Shown: one piece after another, positions 19,960 to 29,539 of the stretch
Numbering within the stretch: position 1 is the stretch's first letter
How the letters are laid out: every line of letters starts with the position of its first letter
Assembly (NCBI GenBank): GCA_963666275.2
Contig: CAXXOA010000002.1
Location: 1,216,001 to 1,280,000 of the forward strand
DNA from: Oceanispirochaeta sp.
GTDB taxonomy: Bacteria; Spirochaetota; Spirochaetia; DSM-2461
DNA: 64,000 bases
Reading direction: 5' to 3'
The notes under the pieces: generated by a model
The model's input: the letters and a program-made list of their open reading frames with translations, nothing else
Databases searched by the model: none
Told to the model about the DNA's origin: nothing
Position numbers and translations under genes: made by a program

Positions 19960-21438
19960 ATGCTGGAAGTAAAGGGTATCACTAAGTTGTACCCCGGAGT
20001 CAAAGCGCTGGATAGAGTAAATTTGAAAGTGGAGCCCGGTTTAGTGCATGGACTGATGGGAGAGAATGGTGCAGGGAAATCCACATTAATGAAAATTTTG
20101 GCTGGTACTGAGAATCCTAATGGAGGAGAAATCCTTATTGACGGGGAGTCGGTTGCTATTGATTCAGTTGAAGCTTCTCATGAATCCGGTATCTCAATCG
20201 TTTATCAGGAATTAAGCCTGTTTAATAATTTAACTGTAGCTCAAAACCTTTTTGCCATGAAGGAAATGATGTCAAAAGGGAAGTTCCTCATAAATGATAA
20301 ATCCATGGAAAAAGAAGCTGATCAGCTTCTGAGATCATACGGGATCAATATTGATTCGTCCCTTCCTGTTTTAAAGTTATCTATCTCCGAAAGGCAACTG
20401 GTGGAAATTGTTAAAGCTGTCCGTCTCAATCCTCGTTTTCTGATACTTGATGAGCCTACTTCGTCTTTGAGTGAGGAAGAGGTAAAAATCCTCTTTTCCA
20501 TAATCGGAAAACTTAAAGAAAAAGGCTGTGCAATCATATATATCTCTCATAAAATGAGTGAGATTTTTACCATTTGTGATCTGGTCACAGTTTTCAGGGA
20601 CGGCAAATACATCGGTACCGATTCCGTGGAAAATCTAAATCAGGCCGAATTGGTAAAAATGATGATAGGAAGGGATCTTCAGCACGCTTTTCCTGAGAAA
20701 ATCGACTCTGTAAGAGAAGACGATGCCATTCGTGTCGAGAATCTGACAAATGAACCTTTCTACCATGATGTTTCTTTTCATGTTAAGAAAGGAGAAATTT
20801 ATGGGTTATACGGACTTGTCGGTTCTGGTAGAACAGAAATTATGAAAGGTCTGTTCGGTATCCTTCCCAGACAAGAGGGGAACATTTCAATTAACGGAGA
20901 GACTCTTCATATTGATTCGCCTCAGAAAGCCATTTCTTCAGGGATCGCCTTTGTTACTGAAAATAGAAAAGAGGAAGGCCTTATCCTTACTTCTTCCATA
21001 GAAGAAAATATATCAATGGTGAGGATTGATCATATTCTTGAGCATGGCTTTATCAACTCGAGAAAAGAGAAGAATATTGCCCAGAAACATATCAATGGAT
21101 TCAGAATTAAAACCCCCGGTTCTGAACAGATAGTTAATAACCTGAGCGGCGGGAATCAGCAGAAAGTTGTTCTGGCAAAGTGGTTTGAACATAATCCGGA
21201 AATTTTTATTCTGGATGAGCCGACAAGGGGTATTGATGTGGGTGCCAAGTTTGAGATCTATCAGGTTATCCAGGAGTTGGTGAAGAAGGGTGTTGCTGTC
21301 ATCCTGATTTCTTCTGAACTTCCTGAAATCATGAATCTCTGCCACAGGGTCGGTCTTGTTCGGGATTTTTCCATAATCCATGATGTCAGTACCGATGATA
21401 TCACTGAAGATCAGATTCTTATGAAACTTACTGAATAG
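19960..21438 (+). CDS. Sugar ABC ATP-binding protein
   Basis: 'GENGAGKST', 'LDEPTSSL', 'LSGGNQQKV'. Confidence 0.95.
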   Translation: MLEVKGITKLYPGVKALDRVNLKVEPGLVHGLMGENGAGKSTLMKILAGTENPNGGEILIDGESVAIDSVEASHESGISIVYQELSLFNNLTVAQNLFAMKEMMSKGKFLINDKSMEKEADQLLRSYGINIDSSLPVLKLSISERQLVEIVKAVRLNPRFLILDEPTSSLSEEEVKILFSIIGKLKEKGCAIIYISHKMSEIFTICDLVTVFRDGKYIGTDSVENLNQAELVKMMIGRDLQHAFPEKIDSVREDDAIRVENLTNEPFYHDVSFHVKKGEIYGLYGLVGSGRTEIMKGLFGILPRQEGNISINGETLHIDSPQKAISSGIAFVTENRKEEGLILTSSIEENISMVRIDHILEHGFINSRKEKNIAQKHINGFRIKTPGSEQIVNNLSGGNQQKVVLAKWFEHNPEIFILDEPTRGIDVGAKFEIYQVIQELVKKGVAVILISSELPEIMNLCHRVGLVRDFSIIHDVSTDDITEDQILMKLTE

Positions 21439-21451
21439 AAAGGGTATAATT

Positions 21452-22411
21452 GTGAAGATCAATATAAAAAATAGATTTCTCAGAGATTTTGGTGGAATCC
21501 TTATTGCTTTATTTATTATAGCAGCATTTTTTTCTGTGTTGAGTCAGTACTTTCTGACCATTAACAACCTGTTGAGCGTATTGCTTCAGGTTTCCATTAT
21601 CTCGATTACTGCATTTGGGATGACTTATGCTCTGATGATAGGGGGTATCGATTTATCTGTAGGATCGGTTATTGCACTGGCAGGAATGGTTTTTGCTTTG
21701 GTTCTTAATGGAACAGGTGTTCTGTTCTTCGCTGTGATAGCTGCATTATTTGCCGGTCTTATAGCAGGATGTATCAATGGTCTCATCGTTGCTAAATTTG
21801 AAATTCCACCTTTTATAGTCACCGTGGCTTCCATGGGGATCTTCCGCGGAATAGCTTATTCTTTTACTGACTCAAAGCCTGTTCCCATCGATATGCCCAG
21901 TGCTCTGGCCATAGGAAATAACAGATTTCTGTTTATTCCCATTCCGGTTTGGATTGTTTTTATTCTACTTGTTATCTCTCATATTGTTCTGGATAAAACC
22001 AGGATGGGACGACAGACAAAGCTTGTTGGAGGTAACCGGGAATCTGCCAGGTATGCGGGAGTGAATATCTTTAAAATAGAGATACTTGTTTTCATGATTA
22101 CAGGTCTGGCATCTGCTGTCAGCGGAATTATTTTGACTTCCAGACTTTATTCAGCACAGCCCAATTCCGCTATGGGTTATGAACTGGATGCCATAGCAGC
22201 AGCTGTTTTGGGTGGTACCAGTTTATCTGGTGGTTATGGATCGGTAATCGGAACTTTCCTGGGAGCTCTTATCATTGGAATTGTCAATAACGGGATGAAC
22301 CTGATGGGGCTTTCCTACTTTTATCAGCTGATAATCAAAGGGATTATTATTCTGATCGCTGTTTATGTGGATATCAGGAATAAAAAAGAAATGTTAAAGG
22401 CAAATAATTGA
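21452..22411 (+). CDS. Sugar ABC permease (RbsC-like)
   Basis: 'GGIDLSVGS', 'YELDAIAAAVLGGTSLSGG'. Confidence 0.93.
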   Translation: MKINIKNRFLRDFGGILIALFIIAAFFSVLSQYFLTINNLLSVLLQVSIISITAFGMTYALMIGGIDLSVGSVIALAGMVFALVLNGTGVLFFAVIAALFAGLIAGCINGLIVAKFEIPPFIVTVASMGIFRGIAYSFTDSKPVPIDMPSALAIGNNRFLFIPIPVWIVFILLVISHIVLDKTRMGRQTKLVGGNRESARYAGVNIFKIEILVFMITGLASAVSGIILTSRLYSAQPNSAMGYELDAIAAAVLGGTSLSGGYGSVIGTFLGALIIGIVNNGMNLMGLSYFYQLIIKGIIILIAVYVDIRNKKEMLKANN

Positions 22412-23337
22412 TGAAGAAGATCTTGGTAATAGGAGAAATCCTTGTTGAAATAATGGCCGAGGACCTTGATCAGTCATTTCTCGGAGAAGGAAAGTTTACA
22501 GGTCCTTATGCAAGTGGGGCCCCTGCGATATTTATTGATCAAGTAGCAAAATTTCATGTTCCTGCTACAATTCTATCAGCCGTAGGGGATGATGATTTTG
22601 GAGCACTCTGTATAAAAAGGCTGTCGGGTGATGGTGTGGATACCGGAGCTATCCGGGTAATCACAGATACTTCAACAGGTGTCGCTTTTGTTCGATATAA
22701 TTCAGACGGATCCAGAAATTTTATTTACCACATAAACAACGCGGCCTGCGGTAGAGTTTCCCTTGACGATCTCGCGAATATTAAATGGCAAGAATTGGGT
22801 GTCTTTCATATTATGGGATCATCCATTTTCAACAAAGACATGTTTGCAATTCATAAAGAAGCTATTAAAATGATACCGGATGATTGCATTATTTCTTTTG
22901 ATCCCAATGTCCGTCCCGAAATCCTGAATACTGATCCTGAATTGAGAGATCTCATACAGGAACTGTTCGGGATATGCAAAGTCCTATTTGTAACAGAAGA
23001 AGAACTGGAGTTTCTTTCTGGAACTGATAGTCCTGATAAAGCTCTTAAAAATTGTTTTTCTAAAGGTATTGAAGCGGTTATAGTTAAACGTGGAGCTGAA
23101 GGGGCCTCTCTTTTTACCGATGGGACCCGATACGATGCTTCAAAAATTGATATTCCGGCAATCGATCCTACAGGAGCCGGAGATACCTTTGCTGGCGCTT
23201 TTATGGCAGGGTATGTTTTGGGATGGCCTCTGGAGGAGTGTCTTGAAACGGCAAATATAGCCGGTACTTCAGCGGTTATCAAACGGGGACCTATGGAAGG
23301 AACTCTCAAACTGGAAGATAAAGATTCCGTAATTTAA
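22411..23337 (+). CDS. PfkB-family sugar kinase, probably tagatose kinase
   Basis: 'DPTGAGDTF' PfkB signature; 'GEILVEIMA...GPYASGAPAIFIDQ' N-terminus as recalled for tagatose kinases; near gatZ. Confidence 0.8.
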   Translation: MKKILVIGEILVEIMAEDLDQSFLGEGKFTGPYASGAPAIFIDQVAKFHVPATILSAVGDDDFGALCIKRLSGDGVDTGAIRVITDTSTGVAFVRYNSDGSRNFIYHINNAACGRVSLDDLANIKWQELGVFHIMGSSIFNKDMFAIHKEAIKMIPDDCIISFDPNVRPEILNTDPELRDLIQELFGICKVLFVTEEELEFLSGTDSPDKALKNCFSKGIEAVIVKRGAEGASLFTDGTRYDASKIDIPAIDPTGAGDTFAGAFMAGYVLGWPLEECLETANIAGTSAVIKRGPMEGTLKLEDKDSVI

Positions 23338-23355
23338 TAAAGCAAGGTTTAGGTC

Positions 23356-24396
23356 GTGAGCAAAAAAAACAGAAAAGTATCGCTGAAAGAAATAGCTCAG
23401 ATAGAAAATGTATCTATCGCTTCAGTTTCAATGGCATTATCGGGAAAGTCCGGTATTTCCAGGGAAGTGGCCGACCGGATAAAAAAAACAGCAGATGAAT
23501 TAGGCTATGTACCATCAAAAAGGGAAAGATCCAGTGGAAAAAGACTGGGAAGCATTGCCATTCTCCAGCCGATTGATGAATTCAGTATGCATTCCTGGAA
23601 TATCTTTACAAGAATCATCAAACAGATAGAACAATATCTATTGGGGAATGATTTTTTCCCGGTTATTATTCCTGTAAATAGTATTATTTCAACGGAAAAT
23701 ACACTGAAAAAACTGCTGGAAATGAATGTTAAAGCGGTTATCTCTATACATCATCTCGAAGAGTCTCTTTTTCAAGAACTAGGAGAAAATAACATTTCCG
23801 TTGTGATCATTAATAATAGTTCCCTGGAAGATTCATATACTTCCGTTCTTGTTGACGATTTCCAGGGAGCTTATAATGCTGCTTTGGAGCTTGTGAATAA
23901 CGGGCATAAGGAGATTCTCTATGTCGACTATCCCAGGACTGATCTTCCGAATATCCTAATGGACAGACGTATGGGGGTTCAAAAGGCATCTTTGGAATTT
24001 GCAGGTTCTGGACACAATTTCCATATGCTGGAGATACCCAACTATGATTCGAGCTCAATTCGAGAAGGGCTGGAAATACTCAAGCATAAAAATATTACTG
24101 CTGTACTTTCTCATGACGATTATCTGGAAGCCAGTCTGTTCATGGTAATAAAAGAACTTGGATATTCCGTACCGAATGATATCTCCATGATAGCAACAGG
24201 GGGAGGAGTTCTTGATTATTCCATTGCATCTACTCCCCAGCTTTCTGCCTATGAACTGGATGTCGACCTCATTGGTAAAATCGCTGGTGAGGAAACAATA
24301 CGTCTGGTTAGTTCCGGGCAAAAAGAAATTAGAGCTTTAAGAACGAAGCAACTTTTTAAAGACCGTAATAGCGTAAAAAATTTGAATAAAAAGTAA
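23356..24396 (+). CDS. LacI-family regulator
   Basis: 'VSLKEIAQIENVSIASVSMALSG' HTH plus sugar-binding domain. Confidence 0.88.
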   Translation: MSKKNRKVSLKEIAQIENVSIASVSMALSGKSGISREVADRIKKTADELGYVPSKRERSSGKRLGSIAILQPIDEFSMHSWNIFTRIIKQIEQYLLGNDFFPVIIPVNSIISTENTLKKLLEMNVKAVISIHHLEESLFQELGENNISVVIINNSSLEDSYTSVLVDDFQGAYNAALELVNNGHKEILYVDYPRTDLPNILMDRRMGVQKASLEFAGSGHNFHMLEIPNYDSSSIREGLEILKHKNITAVLSHDDYLEASLFMVIKELGYSVPNDISMIATGGGVLDYSIASTPQLSAYELDVDLIGKIAGEETIRLVSSGQKEIRALRTKQLFKDRNSVKNLNKK

Positions 24397-24412
24397 AAAG
24401 GTCTAAATTTTT

Positions 24413-25720
24413 ATGAGCGCCATAAATGATTTTCTGCAACTTATGAAAGACAATAAAGCGGGAAAACCCCGGGGGATCTATTCGATCTGCTCGGCTCATC
24501 CCGATGTGATCCGGGCCAGTATGCTTCAGGCTCTGGAGGACGGCTCTATCGTGCTGATCGAGTCCACAAGCAATCAGGTGGACCAGTTCGGCGGCTATAC
24601 GGGCATGACTCCTCCCGAGTTTGTGAGCTATGTGAAAGACCTGGCCGGCGAAGTCTCTTTCCCCGAAGAGAAAATCCTTCTGGGAGGGGATCATCTGGGC
24701 CCCAATGCCTGGCAGAGCCTGCCGGCGGAAGAGGCCATGAAGAATGCCCGGGATCTTGTGGAAGCCTATGTGAAAGCGGGGTATCAGAAGATCCATCTGG
24801 ATGCCAGCATGTACTGCGCCGACGATGAGGGGGACCGGCATAAACCCCTGGCCGATGAAATTGTTTCCGCCCGGGCGGCAGAGCTCTGCGCCGTAGCCGA
24901 AACGACCTGGGAGAAATACTGCCAGGGCCAGCCGAAACCTGTCTATATCATCGGAACGGAAGTTCCCATTCCCGGCGGGGCTCAGGAGGAGGAAGAGACG
25001 GTAACGCCCACCTCTTCTGCCGATGCGGCCCGGACCATTGAAGTGACAAAGGCTGCCTTTGCGTCGAAAGGTCTGGATGACGCCTGGAGCCGGGTGATCG
25101 GTGTGGTGGTACAGCCGGGGGTTGAGTTCGGAGACGATCAGGTGTTCCATTACGACAGCGCTGCCGCGGCGGACCTGAGCCGGATGATTGAGGGAACCGA
25201 CCAGCTCGTTTATGAAGCCCATTCCACGGACTATCAGAGCGAAACCGGCCTGACCAGCCTTGTGAAGGACCACTACTGCATTCTGAAAGTAGGCCCCTGG
25301 ATGACCTTTGCCTTCCGGGAAGCCCTGTTCGCCCTGGCGGATATGGAGAAGGAGCTTCTGGGAGCATCGGGAGTTGAACTCTCCCGTCTGAAGGAGACCC
25401 TGGAGGAGGTCATGATGGAGGATCCGAAGTACTGGAAAAAGTACTATCCCGGTTCGGAAGAGGAGCAGCTGTTCAAACGGAAATACAGCTTCAGCGACAG
25501 GAGCCGCTACTACTGGCCCGATAAAAGGCTCACCGCTTCGATTGAGCTGCTGAAGAAGAACCTGGACGGGAAGGGGATCCCCCTGAGCATGCTGAGTCAG
25601 TATATGCCGAACCAGTACAATGCGGTGCAGGAGGGGAAGATCGCCCTGAAGGCACAGGATCTGATTATAAGTCGGATCCGGGATGTGGTGGGAATCTACG
25701 CCCGGGCCTGCGGATTTTAA
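24413..25720 (+). CDS. gatZ: GatZ/KbaZ-family protein (probable tagatose-6-phosphate 4-epimerase)
   Basis: 'GIYSICSAHP', 'IESTSNQVDQFGGYTGM', 'GGDHLGPNAW', 'GTEVPIPGG', 'YEAHSTDYQ', 'SDRSRYYW'. Confidence 0.9.
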   Translation: MSAINDFLQLMKDNKAGKPRGIYSICSAHPDVIRASMLQALEDGSIVLIESTSNQVDQFGGYTGMTPPEFVSYVKDLAGEVSFPEEKILLGGDHLGPNAWQSLPAEEAMKNARDLVEAYVKAGYQKIHLDASMYCADDEGDRHKPLADEIVSARAAELCAVAETTWEKYCQGQPKPVYIIGTEVPIPGGAQEEEETVTPTSSADAARTIEVTKAAFASKGLDDAWSRVIGVVVQPGVEFGDDQVFHYDSAAAADLSRMIEGTDQLVYEAHSTDYQSETGLTSLVKDHYCILKVGPWMTFAFREALFALADMEKELLGASGVELSRLKETLEEVMMEDPKYWKKYYPGSEEEQLFKRKYSFSDRSRYYWPDKRLTASIELLKKNLDGKGIPLSMLSQYMPNQYNAVQEGKIALKAQDLIISRIRDVVGIYARACGF

Positions 25721-25730
25721 ACAGATATCA

Positions 25731-25763
25731 GAGGGTATGCCCCAACGGGTATACCCTTTTTTT
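25731..25763 (+). terminator. Intrinsic terminator
   Basis: AGGGTATGCCC-caac-GGGTATACCCT stem plus T run. Confidence 0.8.
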
Positions 25764-25925
25764 GTATCTTAACCTGTCTCTGCCTGCAGAAAAAAAAGAA
25801 ACAGGCAGAAAAATATTTCCATAACTGTCATTTCTCTCTGTATAATCACTATAGGCGAGTCCTTCTGATCTATAGTCCGGTCAGAGCAGGCCGTCTGTAA
25901 TAATTCAAGGGAGTCACAGATTCTT

Positions 25926-27131
25926 ATGAAGCTGTCCATCCGGCACAATATAGGCCTGGATTACTCTTTTACTTTTCTGAATAATCTTAACCTCCTCCAT
26001 GCGCTGTGGATGATCTGGCTCTCTCTGAAGGGATTTTCCCTCTGGGAACTGGGGTTACTGGAGGGTATTTTTCATGCCACCTCTTTTCTTATGGAGGTTC
26101 CTACCGGAGCCGTGGCGGATCTTTGGGGGCGGCGGAGCAGCCGTATCCTGGGCAGAATCTTTTTTATGGCCAGTCTCTTTTTTTTATGGAAGGCCGAAGG
26201 TTTTCTGTTTCAGGCGGCAGGATTCGTTTTGATTGCTTTCAGCTATAATCTCGAGTCGGGAGCTGGTGAAGCCCTGGTGTATGACTCTCTGGTCCATATA
26301 AAAAAAGAAGAGCTTTTCATGGGGGTCCGCGGAAAAAAGGAACTGATCTTTCAGCTTGCGGCGATCACTGCCTTTCTGAGCGGCGGGTATCTGGCTACCA
26401 GGGACTATAATCTTGTCTTTGCAGTCACTCTGCTGGCAGCCCTGCTGTCGGTTGGGAATGCTCTTCTTATGACTGAGCCTCCTCTCAAGAGCCGGCAGAT
26501 CCCTCCTGAAGGATCCATCATCAAACGGGCCGCCCGGTCCCTTGGAGGGCAGACAAAAAACAGCCTTTCCGTGATCCGGAAGGAACCGCGCATTGCCTAT
26601 CTGATTATATACAGTGAGTGTATCTTTGTTTTTACAACCACCCAGTATTTCTATCTGCAGACCTGGTGGAAATTTGCCGGTTACAGCGAGTTCTATATGG
26701 GGATTGTTTTCTCTTTTCAGTGTTTCCTGGCAGGACTGTCGGCACTGGCCGCTCCGGGTCTGGACAAACGGTTCGGAGAGAAAAAACTGCTTTTCATCAT
26801 TCCCGTGCTGCTGCTGATTTCGCTCTGGGGGGTTGCACTCTTTCAGTTCAAAGCCCTCTTTTTTATTCTGAACGGCGTTTTTGAGGGAATCCTCATGGTT
26901 TCGATCAGCGACTATATCAATAAAATGATCCCTTCCGATTACAGAGCCACCATACTCAGCTATCAGTCCATGGTATTCAGTTTTCTAATGATTCTCCTTT
27001 TCCCTCTGATCGGTCTGCTGGGGGACCTGTTTTCCCTGGATGTCTCCTTTTTTGTGATCAGTTCCATCGGAACTGCGCTTTTTGTGCTTTACAGGATTTA
27101 TATACGGTTCTACCAAAAAAGGAACACTTGA
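25926..27131 (+). CDS. MFS transporter
   Basis: About 12 TM helices; motif A 'EVPTGAVADLWGRR'. Confidence 0.9.
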   Translation: MKLSIRHNIGLDYSFTFLNNLNLLHALWMIWLSLKGFSLWELGLLEGIFHATSFLMEVPTGAVADLWGRRSSRILGRIFFMASLFFLWKAEGFLFQAAGFVLIAFSYNLESGAGEALVYDSLVHIKKEELFMGVRGKKELIFQLAAITAFLSGGYLATRDYNLVFAVTLLAALLSVGNALLMTEPPLKSRQIPPEGSIIKRAARSLGGQTKNSLSVIRKEPRIAYLIIYSECIFVFTTTQYFYLQTWWKFAGYSEFYMGIVFSFQCFLAGLSALAAPGLDKRFGEKKLLFIIPVLLLISLWGVALFQFKALFFILNGVFEGILMVSISDYINKMIPSDYRATILSYQSMVFSFLMILLFPLIGLLGDLFSLDVSFFVISSIGTALFVLYRIYIRFYQKRNT

Positions 27132-27161
27132 TTTCGTCTCAGATTTTATTACCTTGAATTT

Positions 27162-28097
27162 ATGGAAGAGTCAGGGAAGAATCGAACTAAGCGTAAAGCC
27201 ATATTCACAGCTGATGATTTCGGGGCCTCCGACTTTATCAATAAAGGAGTGCTCCGGGGGATAGAAAAGGGCATTATAAACAGTGTGGCTGTTATGGTGA
27301 ATTTTCCGGGAGCCCTTGAACATATTGTTCGGTTGAAAGAAACATTTCCCCGTATCTCGATTGGTCTGCACTCTTCCATCACAGCCGGGACGCCTCTCTC
27401 CCGGGAAAAGGACATCTCTTCACTTGTGGATCCCCTGGGAAAGTTCTTTGACCTGCAGGAATTTATTCAGCGCATCAGGGAGATCAGACCTGAGCATGTC
27501 TATACCGAAGCTCTGGCCCAGCTGGAGGCTCTGGAAAGGGCGGGTGTCGAGGTGGAGCACCTTTCCAGCCATCACAATCTTATGCAGGTTTATACCCCCC
27601 TGTTTCAGGAACTGCTCCGGATTGCCCGGGAAAAAGGCATTCCCATGAGAAGCACCAGGCCTCTGAGCCGTTTCCTTCCCCCCTACAGCCGCAGTCCCAT
27701 CATTCAGGAAGGCAGGAAGGCCGCACTGGAGCTGGTGGTCCGTCACACTTTTTCGGCTATCAGGTTCATGAAATACGGCATGCCCCAGGAGATGCAGAAG
27801 AATCAGGATTCCATGATGGACCAGGGAGTTCCCCATCCCGATTTTCTGGGAGACTCCTTCTGGGGGGATCCCACACCCGAGAATCTCAGGTTTATCCTGA
27901 ACCATCAGCCCCCGGGTGTGACGGAATGGGTTTTTCATCTGGGGTCTTCCAGAGGGCTGGAAGAAGCGCCCAAAGGGATTGATCAGGAGTATTTTCACTT
28001 TCGGGAACTTGAACTGTTTACAATCTGTTCCTCCGAACTCCCTCTCTGGCTTGAAAGGGAGGGGATCGAGCAGGTCTCCTTCCGGGATCTCGGCTAA
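27162..28097 (+). CDS. YdjC/ChbG/HpnK-family carbohydrate deacetylase
   Basis: 'TADDFG', 'IGLH', 'HLSSHH', 'RELELFTI'. Confidence 0.85.
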   Translation: MEESGKNRTKRKAIFTADDFGASDFINKGVLRGIEKGIINSVAVMVNFPGALEHIVRLKETFPRISIGLHSSITAGTPLSREKDISSLVDPLGKFFDLQEFIQRIREIRPEHVYTEALAQLEALERAGVEVEHLSSHHNLMQVYTPLFQELLRIAREKGIPMRSTRPLSRFLPPYSRSPIIQEGRKAALELVVRHTFSAIRFMKYGMPQEMQKNQDSMMDQGVPHPDFLGDSFWGDPTPENLRFILNHQPPGVTEWVFHLGSSRGLEEAPKGIDQEYFHFRELELFTICSSELPLWLEREGIEQVSFRDLG

Positions 28098-28205
28098 AAT
28101 AGTCTGTTCCGGAGCTTTTCATATCGACAGCGGCAGGATGAATGTTTTAAAATAAATAGATGATTATTTAAAAAACTATAATTTTTCTGTCGGGAGACAC
28201 GGCTA

Positions 28206-29348
28206 ATGGATAAAAACAAATTAATAATAATCGATGATGACAGGATGGTTCTGCAGTCTTTAAAGAGAGAGATCCTTTCCTTTTCGGCCTCTCGGAATTT
28301 CGAAGCATTTTTTTTCGCATCCCCTGATCAGGCTCTGGATTTTGCCAGGCATAATACAAATATCGGGTTGATGATCACAGATCAGAGGATGCCCAGGATG
28401 AGTGGAAATGAGCTCATTAACAGTATTCGCAAGGTGAATCCTGATATTTCCGCCATCATGATTTCTGCCTATACGGACAGGGAAAGCATGAAAAAGTCGA
28501 TCAGTTCCGGGGTGGTTTCCTATCTTGATAAACCCTGGGACAGCACCCAGCTTATGAGTGAAATCCAGCGGGGACTGGAGATCCATAAACTGAAGAGAAT
28601 CCAGCGAACCTACATAGGCAGGATGAACCGGGAACTCCAGGGGAACGGGAGGTTTCAGAGCTCTCTGATGGGGCGGAACCTTCCCTATAACAAAAGGGTG
28701 AGTTTCTCCTGTAAAATTCTTCCCGTTCCGCCCTGCAGCTGCAGCAGCCATTTTTATCATGTCCATCAGATTGATGAAAACAGCCTGGTTTATATTCTCG
28801 GCGATACGGGGGAACCCGGGTTGAGTGCCTCTTCGCTAAGCTGTATTGTCAAAACTCTGATCAAGGAGTTCTTCTATCAGTCTGGGGATCTGAGAATGTT
28901 CTCCCCCCGGGACCTGCTGGAGCATCTGAACAGGAAGCTCTGCCAGCATCTTGGGAGTCTGTCGGGAAAGGGAATCCAGTGCTCCATTGTCCATTTTGAT
29001 TTTGAATTCAGGAATATCACAGCGGCGGGAACAAGCGGGATGACAAATACAATCCTCCGGAATCCCGCGTTTATCTCTCTGGATACACAGGGGCATCCTC
29101 TGGGAATCAACAGGGATAACCAGTATGAGGAGACCATGGTGGAGATGCAGTCCCGGGACAGGGTTCTTTTGTACTCCAGGGGACTGGCTTCCATACAGGA
29201 GGAGTATGGATTTCTGCATATGACCTTCCTCAAGCATAAGGATGCAGATGATTTTACCAGTTCCGCCTTTGAAGACATCAAATCTCTGATGAAAGGAAAA
29301 CCCCAGTATGAGGACTATGTGCTTATGTCTCTGAAAATAAAAGACTGA
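28206..29348 (+). CDS. Receiver plus SpoIIE/PP2C-like protein with degenerate catalytic motifs
   Basis: REC 'IIDDD...TDQRMP...ISAY...DKPW'; PP2C-like C-terminus 'PLGI', 'DRVLLYSRGL'. Confidence 0.8.
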   Translation: MDKNKLIIIDDDRMVLQSLKREILSFSASRNFEAFFFASPDQALDFARHNTNIGLMITDQRMPRMSGNELINSIRKVNPDISAIMISAYTDRESMKKSISSGVVSYLDKPWDSTQLMSEIQRGLEIHKLKRIQRTYIGRMNRELQGNGRFQSSLMGRNLPYNKRVSFSCKILPVPPCSCSSHFYHVHQIDENSLVYILGDTGEPGLSASSLSCIVKTLIKEFFYQSGDLRMFSPRDLLEHLNRKLCQHLGSLSGKGIQCSIVHFDFEFRNITAAGTSGMTNTILRNPAFISLDTQGHPLGINRDNQYEETMVEMQSRDRVLLYSRGLASIQEEYGFLHMTFLKHKDADDFTSSAFEDIKSLMKGKPQYEDYVLMSLKIKD

Positions 29349-29539
29349 CACACCCGACGGGGGTAAATCATATAAAATAAGTATCCTTTCAGCCTGTTTG
29401 GTGTTTACTTACTATACAGGGTACATATTCTGCTTACCCCTCCGGGAGGGATATCAGCAGAAATGGTGTATAAAATCCTAATAATACTAACTGGAATTAA
29501 CTGAGATGATTTCAGTTTTTGATGAGAGGGGACTTATTG

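Noticed and set aside
18600..24450. Low-GC block as a mobile element or prophage
   Set aside because: No integrase, transposase, terminal repeats or target duplication seen; reported only as a compositional anomaly
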